From positions 2,880,001-2,912,000 of the forward strand of contig NC_020304.1 in assembly GCF_000341395.1 (NCBI RefSeq): 32,000 bases of DNA, written 5' to 3'. Below, piece after piece: positions 1-9,759 of the stretch. Under the pieces are notes generated by a model. That model was not told where the DNA came from. It did not search any database and saw nothing but the letters and a program-made list of their open reading frames with translations. The stretch is from Desulfocapsa sulfexigens DSM 10523. Lineage in GTDB: Bacteria > Desulfobacterota > Desulfobulbia > Desulfobulbales > Desulfocapsaceae. The position numbers and the translations under genes are program-made. Within the stretch, counting starts at the first letter, position 1. Each line of letters starts with the position of its first letter.

Positions 1-1
1 G

Positions 2-1645
2 AAAGACACAGGTGAAGAGCCTGTTGAAGAAGGTTTTGTACCAGATGAAGATGGCTTTGTTGCTGCATTAAGCGGTATTACTGAAGAAGATACCGAAGAA
101 GATACGAAAGAAGAAGCAACAGTAAGTGATGATACTGAAAATGTTTTAGTTTCTGCTGAAGAAGAGATTCCAGCAGCACTTAGTGACTTTGCTGAAGATG
201 ACTTCCAGCCAGTCCTTGAAGAGCCTGACTTCGCAGTAGAAGAAGAACAGACTGAAGAAGACGATTCTGAACCTGTCTTTACTGCAGTCGAGGAACCGTC
301 TCTTCCTGAAGGAGTGTCAGAAGAGAATGTGGAAGAGCAGCTTTCATTTTTTGACGAAGAAGAATCTGGCAACTCCGAACCTGATGAGCCATCCGTTGTT
401 GAAGACATGCTTCAAGACGAAAATCCTGAAGACCAACTTTCGTTTCTTGATGAAGAAATTCCTGCTCCAGAGTCAACAGAGTCCGCAGATGATATAGATA
501 CGTTTTTTAACGATTACGATGATGACGTTGAGGAGGCATTATCCTACACTGATACAGATACGTCACCGACTCCTGCTCTCAGTTCTGAGCTTGAAGATGT
601 GGACGGAGAAGAGAGTAGAGAGATTGGGGCTTCTTTCTTCGAAGATGCTGATGGACCTGAGAATACCCTTGATGAAGAAAGTCTCTCGTTTTTCGATGAA
701 GAGAAGGAGTCTCTATTTGAAGAAGAACCTGGTGAAGCAATCGTTCTGGAAGAAGGTGATGAAGGTGATGAAATCCAGTTTACCGTTCCTGGAGAAATTG
801 CTGCTGATGATGATTTACAAGATACTGTACTTAAAGATTCATCATTTGATGATATTATTGAATTTAATGTACCAGGAGAAGAAGATTCTTCGGAGGTACT
901 AAATGATAGTATTGAGGATTCTGAGAGCTCTGAAGTTGTTTTTGAAGTGGTCGACGATGATGTGGAAGTCGATCCGCTTCCTGGTGAAGAGTATGCCGAT
1001 GAGTATGAAGATTTGGCAAATTCTGATCAGAAAGAAGATGTTGTGTTCCTTGAAGCCCAGGATGTTGGGTTCTCAGTTGAAGACTTTCAGGATATTAATC
1101 TTTTTATAGGACTTTTAAGGGATGATATTACAGAAGATGGTATTCAAAATGTCTTAACAGAACTTAATAGACTTAGAAATAACAGTGCTTCCACTCCCAC
1201 CATCAAAATATTCCTGCAGTTACTCTCAACGGTCTGTCAAAGTCTTGAGAAAATAACTTCTGCGGATTCCATTGCGGAAAGGCTTGAGTTGATAGAAGAA
1301 ATTTATTCCGGCCTTGAATCATGTGTTACTCCTGAAATCACAATAGAAGCGGTTCAGACGCGGTTACTCGGTTGTACCACTCGGGTATTACTTATGCAGA
1401 ACAATGAGGTGACGCAAACGGAAGCCCTTGTGGTTGAGGATGAAGAGGAAGTGTCCGCTGAAGTTTTAAGCAGTGTAAGTGATTCAATGGTTGATGACTC
1501 TGTCGATGATGAGGAAATATTCCCCGATGAATCTACTGAAAGAGATGATCAGCTGAGAGAGTATGTCCATGAGGAGTTAGCTGACATTAAAAAACTTTTT
1601 ATCGATGAAATTGCAGCACTTAGGAAAGAATTTATTGATAAGTAA
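2..1645 (+). CDS. Highly acidic repetitive protein, 5' end outside the window
   Basis: The frame is open from base 2 to the TAA at 1643-1645; the track's ATG at 314 is internal. The product is dominated by Glu/Asp and carries recurring LSF(F/L)DEE motifs. The C-terminus has IKKLFIDEIAALRKEFIDK. Confidence 0.8.
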   Translation, partial: KDTGEEPVEEGFVPDEDGFVAALSGITEEDTEEDTKEEATVSDDTENVLVSAEEEIPAALSDFAEDDFQPVLEEPDFAVEEEQTEEDDSEPVFTAVEEPSLPEGVSEENVEEQLSFFDEEESGNSEPDEPSVVEDMLQDENPEDQLSFLDEEIPAPESTESADDIDTFFNDYDDDVEEALSYTDTDTSPTPALSSELEDVDGEESREIGASFFEDADGPENTLDEESLSFFDEEKESLFEEEPGEAIVLEEGDEGDEIQFTVPGEIAADDDLQDTVLKDSSFDDIIEFNVPGEEDSSEVLNDSIEDSESSEVVFEVVDDDVEVDPLPGEEYADEYEDLANSDQKEDVVFLEAQDVGFSVEDFQDINLFIGLLRDDITEDGIQNVLTELNRLRNNSASTPTIKIFLQLLSTVCQSLEKITSADSIAERLELIEEIYSGLESCVTPEITIEAVQTRLLGCTTRVLLMQNNEVTQTEALVVEDEEEVSAEVLSSVSDSMVDDSVDDEEIFPDESTERDDQLREYVHEELADIKKLFIDEIAALRKEFIDK

Positions 1646-1670
1646 TTAGCGAATTTATAACAGATAAAGA

Positions 1671-1708
1671 AGACCTGCTCCGATGGAGCGGGTTCTTTTT
1701 TTTGTTTT
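1671..1708 (+). terminator. Rho-independent terminator after the acidic protein gene
   Basis: GACCTGCTCC-GAT-GGAGCGGGTTC stem followed by TTTTTTTTG, 25 nt after the stop codon. Confidence 0.85.
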
Positions 1709-1825
1709 TATCGTCTATTTTCCACGAGAATTTTATAAAAACACCATGATCCTGGTGAATTATCGTTTTTTTCATACATTAATAGCGTAAGCTATCTGTT
1801 TACAAAATGATATTGAGAGATTTGA

Positions 1826-2662
1826 TTAGCGGTTCAGTCCTATAACGGACAGGATTGCATAGAAAAAGAGCCAGCTGAGAACAAAGAGAAGGAGAAGAGT
1901 GAATTTACTGTTTTTCTTTTGTAGATACGCAATGGCAAAAAGTAGGGACGCAGGGAAGATCACTCCAGCGAGTAATGGTGGCAGGTAACGTAGGAGTTCC
2001 TGTAAACCAAGAAAAAACCACGGGCCATTGATGTGGGTCACTCCAAGGTGGTCAGGTTCAAAGGGTGCAGTCACAAAAACAGAAAAAATGAAAATGGAGA
2101 TGGACAATATGATATGACGGTTAAATGGGACTCTGTATTTTTTCACATGACTCCAGGCAAGCCATCCCCAGAGAAGACCAAATCCAATGATATGGTTAAG
2201 ATAGATCCTTTTCATTCCACTGTCTGAGATGGAAAAAAGGAGATTGTTTATTGTTGATCCAATAAAAGGGATATCAAGAAGTATTGCTTCTGCGATCATT
2301 CCTGCTGAAAATCCTGTGGCATCGCCGCGGAGAACATAGCCGGTGAAGAGAATAAGGAGGGCTACTGGAAGTGTTGCTGTGAGCATCACCCACTGTTTGT
2401 CTGAATAACTTTGAGCCTGAGAAAAAATTCCAATTAGGTGGCAGATGCTGAATAGAAAAAAGAGCTGACTGGAATAGAAATGGAGAGAACGGAAATATCC
2501 TCCAAATGGTACAAGCATATCGAGGGTTGTAACAGAATACAGTGGGGTGGCGGGATCATACTGGAGACCAACAATTATACCTGAGAGAACGGAAATGTAC
2601 AGCGAGAGAAGTGAGAATTCACCCCAACGTATATCTTCAAATGTTTTTCTGATCAGTTTCAC
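1826..2662 (-). CDS. Cytochrome b/b6-family membrane subunit of a bc-type complex
   Basis: 278 aa with multiple transmembrane stretches. Cytochrome b-like segments include GGYFRSLHFYSSQLFFLFSICHLI, GYVLRGD and LGLQELLRYLPP. It lies immediately downstream of a Rieske gene. Confidence 0.8.
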   Translation of the reverse strand: MKLIRKTFEDIRWGEFSLLSLYISVLSGIIVGLQYDPATPLYSVTTLDMLVPFGGYFRSLHFYSSQLFFLFSICHLIGIFSQAQSYSDKQWVMLTATLPVALLILFTGYVLRGDATGFSAGMIAEAILLDIPFIGSTINNLLFSISDSGMKRIYLNHIIGFGLLWGWLAWSHVKKYRVPFNRHIILSISIFIFSVFVTAPFEPDHLGVTHINGPWFFLGLQELLRYLPPLLAGVIFPASLLFAIAYLQKKNSKFTLLLLFVLSWLFFYAILSVIGLNR

Positions 2663-2681
2663 AGGCTAACTCTTGAATCGG

Positions 2682-3203
2682 TCAAATAATGACAATGTAT
2701 CCACCATTGTCCTTTAGTCTCTCAACTTTATAGCGAGGCAAAGGCTTTTTTGCAGGGCCATGGAGTACCAGGCCTTCTTTGGAAAATCGGCTTTGGTGGC
2801 AGGGACATTCGAGAAGGTTGTCCTTTTCGTGGAAATTGACAGTACACCCTAGATGCGTGCATTTTCTTGAAAGCGCCCATGCGTCTGTACCAGTGTCAAA
2901 AAGCACAAAGTCGGGGCCAAGGTGAAAGCCACCTGCTGGCAGGGGGGAGGCAATTTCAACAATTCGCGGTTTACGGGGAATTGAATAGCCAATGAAACGG
3001 ACAATAGGGTAGAGGGCTGCAATGCTTGCGCAAAGAAGAAGGAATCTGCGTTTGGTCGTCAAGTGTTTTTGGGGGGCAGGACATGTCATAGAATGTTCAG
3101 GATGGAAAGAAAACCAGCCACAGTCAGGTAAATGCGGCGAGAAGTCGCTGGTTGACATGTTCTGGAACAAGTTCGCAGACATCTCCTCCATGTCTTGCTG
3201 CAT
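2682..3203 (-). CDS. Rieske 2Fe-2S protein (start uncertain; ATG at 3089 is an alternative)
   Basis: CTHLGC ... CPCHQS Rieske ligand motifs and an N-terminal hydrophobic segment. The longest ORF overlaps the coaD 3' end, so the true start may be internal. Confidence 0.85.
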   Translation of the reverse strand: MQQDMEEMSANLFQNMSTSDFSPHLPDCGWFSFHPEHSMTCPAPQKHLTTKRRFLLLCASIAALYPIVRFIGYSIPRKPRIVEIASPLPAGGFHLGPDFVLFDTGTDAWALSRKCTHLGCTVNFHEKDNLLECPCHQSRFSKEGLVLHGPAKKPLPRYKVERLKDNGGYIVII

Positions 3204-3645
3204 CTTTGATAATAGAAGAACTTATATAAATCCATCTGAAACCCGGCATTAGAAAGATAGTATCCACTTCACGCTCGAGCTTTCTATTCATAAGTGCCAG
3301 CTGAAATTCATAATCGAAGTCTGAAACAGCACGTAGACCACGGATAATAGCATTGGCACCTTTATCTGCGGCATATTTCACCAGCAGTCCGGAAACCGTA
3401 TCAACTTCAATTCGAGAATAATCTTTGGGAAAACATTGTCGTGCCATCTCTGTTCTCTCTTCAAGTGAAAAGAGAGGTTTTTTGCCAGGGTTAATAGCTA
3501 TGGCAATAATAACTTTATCAAAGAGGTTCAGAGCCCGGTCAATAATGTCAAGGTGGCCCATGGTTATGGGGTCAAATGTTCCAGGGTATATAGCGAGGCT
3601 TTTCCGCTGATGGTCTGAGTTGTCATGAGGCATCATATTTTTCAC
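3124..3645 (-). CDS. coaD: Phosphopantetheine adenylyltransferase
   Basis: AIYPGTFDPITMGHLDIIDRA, RGLRAVSDFDYEFQLALMNRKL and YISSSIIKD motifs. Confidence 0.97.
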   Translation of the reverse strand: MKNMMPHDNSDHQRKSLAIYPGTFDPITMGHLDIIDRALNLFDKVIIAIAINPGKKPLFSLEERTEMARQCFPKDYSRIEVDTVSGLLVKYAADKGANAIIRGLRAVSDFDYEFQLALMNRKLEREVDTIFLMPGFRWIYISSSIIKDAARHGGDVCELVPEHVNQRLLAAFT

Positions 3646-3660
3646 GTGTTGCCTGGGGTT

Positions 3661-4251
3661 TTATAAGGACGGTGTGATAGTGTAAAACCAGAATCCGGTA
3701 TCACCGTAGCGCCGCGTGTCAAAAAGCGTTAAACGGGTGAATGACTTAGGTAATGTTACACTGCTCCTGTCTTCTGCTATAACCAGTGTGTTTGTTGCGA
3801 TTAGCTTACTACTGTCGATATCTTTCAAACTTTTTTCGGCAAGGCCTTTATTGTAGGGGGGATCAAGAAAAATAAGATCAAAGGTTCTTACTGTAAAAGC
3901 GTTGTCAATGGTGAAATTCAGTCCTCTATTAAGGTCATGTTTGACTATGATCGCTCTTTTTTCTGATCCTGGCTCCATGCTTTGCAAACACACTTCACAG
4001 TTTTTTCTGGTAAGTTCCAAGGCATTGTGATGTTTGTCTACAAATACTACCTGTGTAGCACCTCGACTAAGAGATTCTATGCCTAAGGCACCAGTCCCGG
4101 AGTATAAATCGAGGACACGGGCTGACAATATACGGTTTCCGATAATGCTGAACAAAGCTTCACGGGCACGATCAGCAGTTGGTCTGATAAGGTTGGAATC
4201 ACCCGGAGTGAATAGTTTTCGCCCCCGGGCATGTCCACTGATGATTCGCAA
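3661..4251 (-). CDS. rsmD: 16S rRNA (guanine(966)-N(2))-methyltransferase
   Basis: MRIISGHARGRKL..RPTADRAREALFSI, DLYSGTGALGIESLSRGA and DLIFLDPPY motifs. Confidence 0.95.
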   Translation of the reverse strand: MRIISGHARGRKLFTPGDSNLIRPTADRAREALFSIIGNRILSARVLDLYSGTGALGIESLSRGATQVVFVDKHHNALELTRKNCEVCLQSMEPGSEKRAIIVKHDLNRGLNFTIDNAFTVRTFDLIFLDPPYNKGLAEKSLKDIDSSKLIATNTLVIAEDRSSVTLPKSFTRLTLFDTRRYGDTGFWFYTITPSL

Positions 4252-5280
4252 TTACTTATATTGAGCAACAAAGGATTCGGCAATTTGAACAGCATTCAAG
4301 GCAGCACCTTTTAGGATATTGTCAGACACAACCCATAGATTTATTCCATTATCAATGGATTCATCTTCTCGAATTCGACCAACCAGAGTCTCAAAATTTC
4401 CAGCGCAATCTATTGCCATCGGGTACTTCAAATTGGCGGGATCGTCTACAAGTTTGACCCCTGGAGCATTTGCAAGGAGTTCTTTTACTTCTGCCACAGT
4501 AATTTTTGACTTTGTTTCAATATTTACAGCTTCAGAGTGACCATAAAAAACGGGAACACGAACCGCAGTTGCAGTGATCCCAATGGTATTATCTTCAAAA
4601 ATTTTCCGGGTTTCGTTTACCATCTTCATCTCTTCCTTGGTGTAGCCGTTTTCAAGAAAAGAATCAATATGGGGTAAACAATTGAACGCGATTTGGTGTG
4701 GGTATACAGAGGCTTTCATCTCTTTGGTTTCCGCATAGGCCTTCACCTGACTGTCAAGCTCTTCTATTGCTTTTGCTCCGGTTCCGGATACGGCCTGATA
4801 TGTCGAAATAACGAGACGTTTTATCCCAACCTTATCAAGGATAGGTTTCAGGGCAACCAGCATTTGAATGGTTGAACAGTTGGGATTGGCAATAATTCCG
4901 TGTTTGCTGTGCGCTGCAATGGCGTGGGAATTAACTTCTGGTACTACAAGGGGAATTTCAGGATCCATGCGATAGGCGCTGGAGTTGTCAATCACTACGG
5001 CACCTGCAGCAGCAGCAGCGGGTGCAAAATCAAGAGATCTTTGAGCTCCAGCAGAAAAAAGTGCGATATCAATTCCCTCAAAGGCATCTTTGCTGAGCAG
5101 TTGTACTTCAAGCTCCTGTCCTCTGAAGTTGATCTTTTTTCCTACTGAACGCTCCGAGGCCAGAAGGCGTAATTCATTAATGGGGAAGTTACGTCTTTGA
5201 AGGACATCAAGCATAGCCCCACCAACGGCACCGGTTGCACCAGCAATGGCTACATTGAATTTTTGTGAATTTTCGCTCAT
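4252..5280 (-). CDS. asd: Aspartate-semialdehyde dehydrogenase
   Basis: VAIAGATGAVGGAMLDVL, ANPNCSTIQMLVALKP and VPVFYGHSEAV motifs; 342 aa. Confidence 0.97.
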   Translation of the reverse strand: MSENSQKFNVAIAGATGAVGGAMLDVLQRRNFPINELRLLASERSVGKKINFRGQELEVQLLSKDAFEGIDIALFSAGAQRSLDFAPAAAAAGAVVIDNSSAYRMDPEIPLVVPEVNSHAIAAHSKHGIIANPNCSTIQMLVALKPILDKVGIKRLVISTYQAVSGTGAKAIEELDSQVKAYAETKEMKASVYPHQIAFNCLPHIDSFLENGYTKEEMKMVNETRKIFEDNTIGITATAVRVPVFYGHSEAVNIETKSKITVAEVKELLANAPGVKLVDDPANLKYPMAIDCAGNFETLVGRIREDESIDNGINLWVVSDNILKGAALNAVQIAESFVAQYK

Positions 5281-5526
5281 AATAAAACCCTATTTAGCAA
5301 AGTTATTAGTGAAATTATTCGGAATTTTGTGTTTTTTTTTGTAACGTGCTTCCATCAGTTTTCCAAGATTGACAATGGCGGTTGATGGAAAAATGATAAC
5401 GGAAGAAAACTCTAACAAATATTGTAATAGTCAGCAATATACATTGTATTAAAGCCCGCAATTAACAATAAGAAAGCTCAGAGGTACCTATTACCAGGAG
5501 TACTTGTGATCCTGGGAATAAAAGAA

Positions 5527-6285
5527 TCAGGGGTTTGGTTTATTAACCGGAGTTGTTGGTTTCTTCACAGATCTGACCTTCTTGATCAATCCAAAAACAG
5601 GACCTGACGCTAGGTAGACAAGGAAAAGAGCAAAGAGCATGATTTGGGGCTCAGCGGCAACCAGGATCAGGAGAAGTAAAAAACCAACGAGTACCTGGAA
5701 ACGATTAATTTTAAAAGGAGGCAATTCCTTAAAGCTATAGTATGTGTGAGTTGAAACCATCAGGTAGGACAGGATGTAAACAAGCAGGAGCAGAGAGATA
5801 TGCTTGACTTCTCCGGTAATACCAAGAAAATGGCTAAAGAGAACGGCAGCAGATACCATGGCAGCAGCTGCCGGACAGGGAAGTCCAACAAAGTTTTTAG
5901 ATTCTGAATTTGAATCCTGAACATTGAACCTGGCAAGCCGAAGAGATGTCATTGCTACATATAAAAATGCTGCAAGCCAGCCGTATCGTCCATATGGGTG
6001 GAGGGCCCAAAGATAGGCGAGCACCCCAGGTGAAACACCAAATGAGACCATATCACACAATGAATCAAGTTCTGCTCCAAATTGGCTTGTACACTGAGTC
6101 AAGCGAGCCACTCTTCCATCCAGGGCATCAAAAATAGCTGCAACAAGAATGGCAATTGCGGCTGTCTTAAAGTCAGAATTGATAGCAGAAACGATGGAAT
6201 AAAAACCGCAGAACAAACTTGCCAGAGTAAACATACAGGGCAGCGGATAAAAGCGGTTGTCTGTATCCTGTGAGTTGTTAGTCAT
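5527..6285 (-). CDS. pssA: CDP-diacylglycerol--serine O-phosphatidyltransferase
   Basis: FDALDGRVARLTQCTSQFGAELDSLCDMVSFG matches the CDP-alcohol phosphatidyltransferase motif. It is adjacent to psd. Confidence 0.95.
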   Translation of the reverse strand: MTNNSQDTDNRFYPLPCMFTLASLFCGFYSIVSAINSDFKTAAIAILVAAIFDALDGRVARLTQCTSQFGAELDSLCDMVSFGVSPGVLAYLWALHPYGRYGWLAAFLYVAMTSLRLARFNVQDSNSESKNFVGLPCPAAAAMVSAAVLFSHFLGITGEVKHISLLLLVYILSYLMVSTHTYYSFKELPPFKINRFQVLVGFLLLLILVAAEPQIMLFALFLVYLASGPVFGLIKKVRSVKKPTTPVNKPNP

Positions 6286-6322
6286 ATGCGATATGCCCTA
6301 TGGGAAAAGGAAACAGAGTCGT

Positions 6323-6967
6323 TTAAGAGAAGGACGCGATGGCAGTTTCACCGGCGCGTACTTTCTGTCCTAACTTCACGTGAATAGTGCTGGTTGTTGG
6401 GAGATAGAGGTCCACCCGGGAGCCAAAACGAATGAGACCAAAACGTTTGCCACGTTGCACAGCATCCCCCACCTCAAGCCAGTTGACGATTCTTCTGGCA
6501 ATAAGACCAGCAACCTGGACAAAGGCTATCCGCCCACTTGCTGAAGTACTGATAATCACACCGCAACGTTCATTAAGGAGCGCACCTTTTTCACTATCAG
6601 CAGAATAAAATTGGCCAGGCTTATAGATGATTTTTTCAACGGTGCCGTCTATGGGGATGCGATTAACATGTACATTGAAGACATTCATGAAAATGGAAAT
6701 TTTAATAACCTTATCCTGTAAGTAGATGTCATCTGACTGTTCTTCAATAAGGATAATTTTACCATCAGCGGGCGATATAAGTTTGTCATATTCTGCATCG
6801 GTCATTCGTTCAGGGTCACGAAAGAAAGCGACGACAAAGGTAGTAACCGCAAGAGCCGGCCAGGCGAGGAACTCATACCCGAGGATGGCGGTAATAAGCG
6901 TCACAAAGGCGGCAAAAGCGATAAAGGGGTAGCCTTCACGGGCAAGTGGAATCCTTGGATGAGTCAT
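6323..6967 (-). CDS. psd: Phosphatidylserine decarboxylase, short type
   Basis: LISPADGKI, NVFNVHVNRIPIDG and GLIRFGSRVDLYLP motifs, with the GS processing site retained. Confidence 0.95.
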   Translation of the reverse strand: MTHPRIPLAREGYPFIAFAAFVTLITAILGYEFLAWPALAVTTFVVAFFRDPERMTDAEYDKLISPADGKIILIEEQSDDIYLQDKVIKISIFMNVFNVHVNRIPIDGTVEKIIYKPGQFYSADSEKGALLNERCGVIISTSASGRIAFVQVAGLIARRIVNWLEVGDAVQRGKRFGLIRFGSRVDLYLPTTSTIHVKLGQKVRAGETAIASFS

Positions 6968-7098
6968 ATACAGTTTGTTTTGTAAGTGGGTGGACTGATA
7001 ACAGCAAAAGCAGATAACGATAGTTCGAGATCTGCTTTCAGCTTGTATATCCTTGCATATTTATTCAAGGTATGGTGGGAGTCCCTTGAATGATATGA

Positions 7099-7578
7099 TT
7101 ATTTCGGCGCCCGTGCCATGGCAATGGTTCCGGTACGAACGATTTCCTTGATCCCGATAGGACGAAGGATATCTATTATAGCCTGAATTTTCGTGGCTGA
7201 TCCTGTTACTTCAACAGCGTATGCCTTGGGACTGACATCGACAACTTTTCCACGAAAAATATCTATAACGCGAAGAACTTCAGCGCGAGTGGTGTTTTCA
7301 GCTTTTACCCTGATTAACGCCATCTCCCTTTCAACATATTCGCTTTCGCTGATATCGGTAACCTTGATAACGTCAATAAGCTTGTGCAGCTGTTTTGTGA
7401 TCTGTTCTACAATAGCATCGCTGCCATTTGTTACCAGGGTGAGGCATGAGAGAGAGGAATCCAGTGTTTCGGCAACAGAGAGACTCTCAATGTTAAAGCC
7501 GCGGCCACTGAACAATCCTGTGACCCGAGAAAGGACTCCAGGTTTATTTTGAAGAAGAACTGAAAGTGTATGTTTCAT
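7099..7578 (-). CDS. ilvN: Acetolactate synthase small (regulatory) subunit
   Basis: MKHTLSVLLQNKPGVLSRVTGLFSGRGFNIESLSV ACT domain. The ATG at 7578 is preferred over the track start at 7647. Confidence 0.95.
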   Translation of the reverse strand: MKHTLSVLLQNKPGVLSRVTGLFSGRGFNIESLSVAETLDSSLSCLTLVTNGSDAIVEQITKQLHKLIDVIKVTDISESEYVEREMALIRVKAENTTRAEVLRVIDIFRGKVVDVSPKAYAVEVTGSATKIQAIIDILRPIGIKEIVRTGTIAMARAPK

Positions 7579-7678
7579 CGGTTTATCCTGTGAATATAGA
7601 AAATCTAGTTGTTCATAAGGTGCCTGAGGGTAGGCACCTTTAACCATTTTACTTTAGTGTTGCTATGGACAAAAAGTA

Positions 7679-9382
7679 TCAGACAAGAAGCATCTCAGTG
7701 GTAGCTTTACCAGCAGGCACCATTGGGAATACACCTTCTTCCCGGGAAATACGGAAATCCAGGATAACGGTATTTTTCTTTACTGCTTCCAGGGCCTGTT
7801 TTATGGTCGCTTCTACTTCACTGGTTTTGTCACATCGAATACCCACAGCACCGTATGCTTCAGCAAGGAGAACGAAGTCGGGAGTGACTTCCATAACAGT
7901 TGCAGCGTAGCGTTTGTCGTAGAAGAGTTCCTGCCACTGACGAACCATACCAAGGTAGTTGTTGTTTAATATGCAAACAATGACAGGGCAGTTGTACTGT
8001 TTTGCTGTTGCCAGTTCCTGGATGTTCATCTGGATGGAGCCATCACCGGCCACATCAATGACGGTGGCATCTGGGAATGCCATCTTGGCGCCAATGGCAG
8101 CAGGAAGACCGTACCCCATGGTTCCTAAACCACCAGAGGTGACCAGGCGTCTTGGTTTGTTAAATTTATAAAACTGGGCTGCCCACATCTGATTCTGGCC
8201 AACCTCTGTTGTGATGATGGCATCGCCACCGGTCAGTTCGTCGAGTTTTTCAATAACGAACTGTGGTTTAATCACTTCCCCCTCATCGAGGTATGCCATG
8301 GGGTGTTTCTTTGTCCATTCTGCGATTATTTCGATCCATGGGGTGTGGGAGGCCGCTGCCTCTTCAATGTTGGCACCGGAAGAGTCAAGCCAGCTGTTCA
8401 TAGCAGTGAGTGCATGCTTACAGTCAGCAACGATTGGAATGTCAACGGTAACATTTTTACTGATGGACGTAGGGTCGATATCTATGTGGATGATTTTGGC
8501 GTGTGGTGCAAAGGCGTCAATCCGGCCGGTAACACGGTCATCAAAACGAGCACCAACTGCGATAAGGACATCACTTTTGGCAACAGCCATATTCGCAGTA
8601 TAGCTTCCGTGCATGCCAAGCATTCCCATGGAGAGAGGGTCTTTTCCAGGGAAACCACCGAGGCCCATAAGGGTCATGGTAACGGGAATATTCAGTTTTC
8701 TGGCCAGCTCTGTGACTTCTTCATTACTGTTGGAAAGGATGACTCCACCGCCAATGTAGAGAACGGGCTGTTTGGCCTTCAGGATGGTTTTGCATGCTTT
8801 TTCCACCTGTCCCATATGGGGTTCATAGGTGGGCTGGTAATTCTGCATGCGGATGGGTTTCTTTTCCGTGAACTCAACCATGGAAGCAACCACATCTTTT
8901 GGCAGGTCAATAAGGACAGGACCGGGACGACCGGTACGGGCTATGTGAAAGGCCTCGCGTAGGGTCGGAACCAGATCTTCAGCTTTGCTCACCAGATAAT
9001 TGTGTTTGGTGCAGGGCCGGGTAATACCTACGATATCAACTTCCTGAAAAGCATCGTTACCAATAAGAGGTGTGGGGACCTGACCAGTAAGGATAACCAT
9101 CGGAATGGAATCCATATAAGCAGTGGCGATGGCAGTAACACCATTTGTGGCGCCGGGACCAGAAGTAAGAAGCGCAACCCCAACCTCTCCAGTTACTCGG
9201 GCAAGTCCATCTGCTGCATGAACAGCTCCCTGCTCATGACGGACAAGGACGTGCTGAATTTCGGAATCCAGAAGCGTATCATAGAGGTCGATAACTGCAC
9301 CGCCAGGAAAACCAAAGATTGTTTTAACCCCCTCTTCAAGGAGGCACTGTATGATAGCTTCAGAGCCTGTTATTTTTTCCAT
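7679..9382 (-). CDS. ilvB: Acetolactate synthase large (catalytic) subunit
   Basis: GVKTIFGFPGGAVIDLYD, TSGPGATNGVTAIATAYMDSIP and GDGSIQMNIQELATA motifs; 567 aa. AAGAGGAAGAAGG lies upstream. Confidence 0.97.
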   Translation of the reverse strand: MEKITGSEAIIQCLLEEGVKTIFGFPGGAVIDLYDTLLDSEIQHVLVRHEQGAVHAADGLARVTGEVGVALLTSGPGATNGVTAIATAYMDSIPMVILTGQVPTPLIGNDAFQEVDIVGITRPCTKHNYLVSKAEDLVPTLREAFHIARTGRPGPVLIDLPKDVVASMVEFTEKKPIRMQNYQPTYEPHMGQVEKACKTILKAKQPVLYIGGGVILSNSNEEVTELARKLNIPVTMTLMGLGGFPGKDPLSMGMLGMHGSYTANMAVAKSDVLIAVGARFDDRVTGRIDAFAPHAKIIHIDIDPTSISKNVTVDIPIVADCKHALTAMNSWLDSSGANIEEAAASHTPWIEIIAEWTKKHPMAYLDEGEVIKPQFVIEKLDELTGGDAIITTEVGQNQMWAAQFYKFNKPRRLVTSGGLGTMGYGLPAAIGAKMAFPDATVIDVAGDGSIQMNIQELATAKQYNCPVIVCILNNNYLGMVRQWQELFYDKRYAATVMEVTPDFVLLAEAYGAVGIRCDKTSEVEATIKQALEAVKKNTVILDFRISREEGVFPMVPAGKATTEMLLV

Positions 9383-9470
9383 GAACCTTCTTCCTCTTGT
9401 ATGTATGTTAAGGTTTTATTAGAAAGGTTGTCAGTAAATAGATACGACATTAATTTGCATAAGAGGATGA

Positions 9471-9499
9471 AATATATCTAGGAACCGTCTGGATGTCAA
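9471..9499 (-). promoter_or_regulatory. Sigma-70-type promoter for ilvB
   Basis: On the minus strand, TTGACA (9499-9494), a 17-nt spacer and TATATT (9476-9471) lie about 90 nt upstream of ilvB. Confidence 0.75.
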
Positions 9500-9569
9500 T
9501 ATTTAGAAGGGGCTGAAGGAGAAAATTGCCACAAATAGTCGGTTTTTAAGGCTCACAGCTATTCACTAC

Positions 9570-9612
9570 TTGACAAGTGGGCTCTATGGTGATTATTTAT
9601 TCTGACTATAAT
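9570..9612 (+). promoter_or_regulatory. Candidate promoter region for the leu leader/leuA
   Basis: TTGACA at 9570-9575 and TATAAT at 9607-9612. These are spaced too far apart to be one promoter, so the real pairing is uncertain. Confidence 0.45.
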
Positions 9613-9643
9613 TATTAAATAAATTAAACCTTAAGAGATTTTC

Positions 9644-9724
9644 ATGTATCTTCAAACCATCCTACTAGGCCTGCTACTATCCCTGCTTAGGGAATCGTCT
9701 GTGGTGGGAATTGGAGAGTTCTGA
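9644..9724 (+). CDS. leuL: Leucine-rich leader peptide (leu attenuator)
   Basis: ATG..TGA encodes MYLQTILLGLLLSLLRESSVVGIGEF, with 8 Leu in 26 aa, 5 of them CTA/CTG near-consecutive. It is followed by a strong terminator and then leuA. A weak SD (AAGAG) lies upstream. Confidence 0.85.
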   Translation: MYLQTILLGLLLSLLRESSVVGIGEF

Positions 9725-9759
9725 AACGTACATCGTTAAAATTACTTAATAATCCGAAA

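Noticed and set aside
5496-5519. ACCAGGA..TCCTGG hairpin downstream of pssA, considered as a terminator
   Set aside because: There is no T tract on the relevant strand and the stem is short. Insufficient support.
9431-9460. Micro-ORF MQINVVSIY on the minus strand in the ilvB 5' UTR, rich in Ile/Val codons, considered as an ilv leader peptide
   Set aside because: It is only 9 codons, has no Shine-Dalgarno, starts within a few nt of the predicted transcription start, and no terminator/antiterminator hairpin follows it. Worth revisiting only if conserved.
9002-9481. 159-aa plus-strand ORF and other plus-strand ORFs opposite ilvB (7959..8171, 8211..8603, 8303..8962)
   Set aside because: They are antisense to a fully convincing ilvB, and their translations lack recognisable family motifs.
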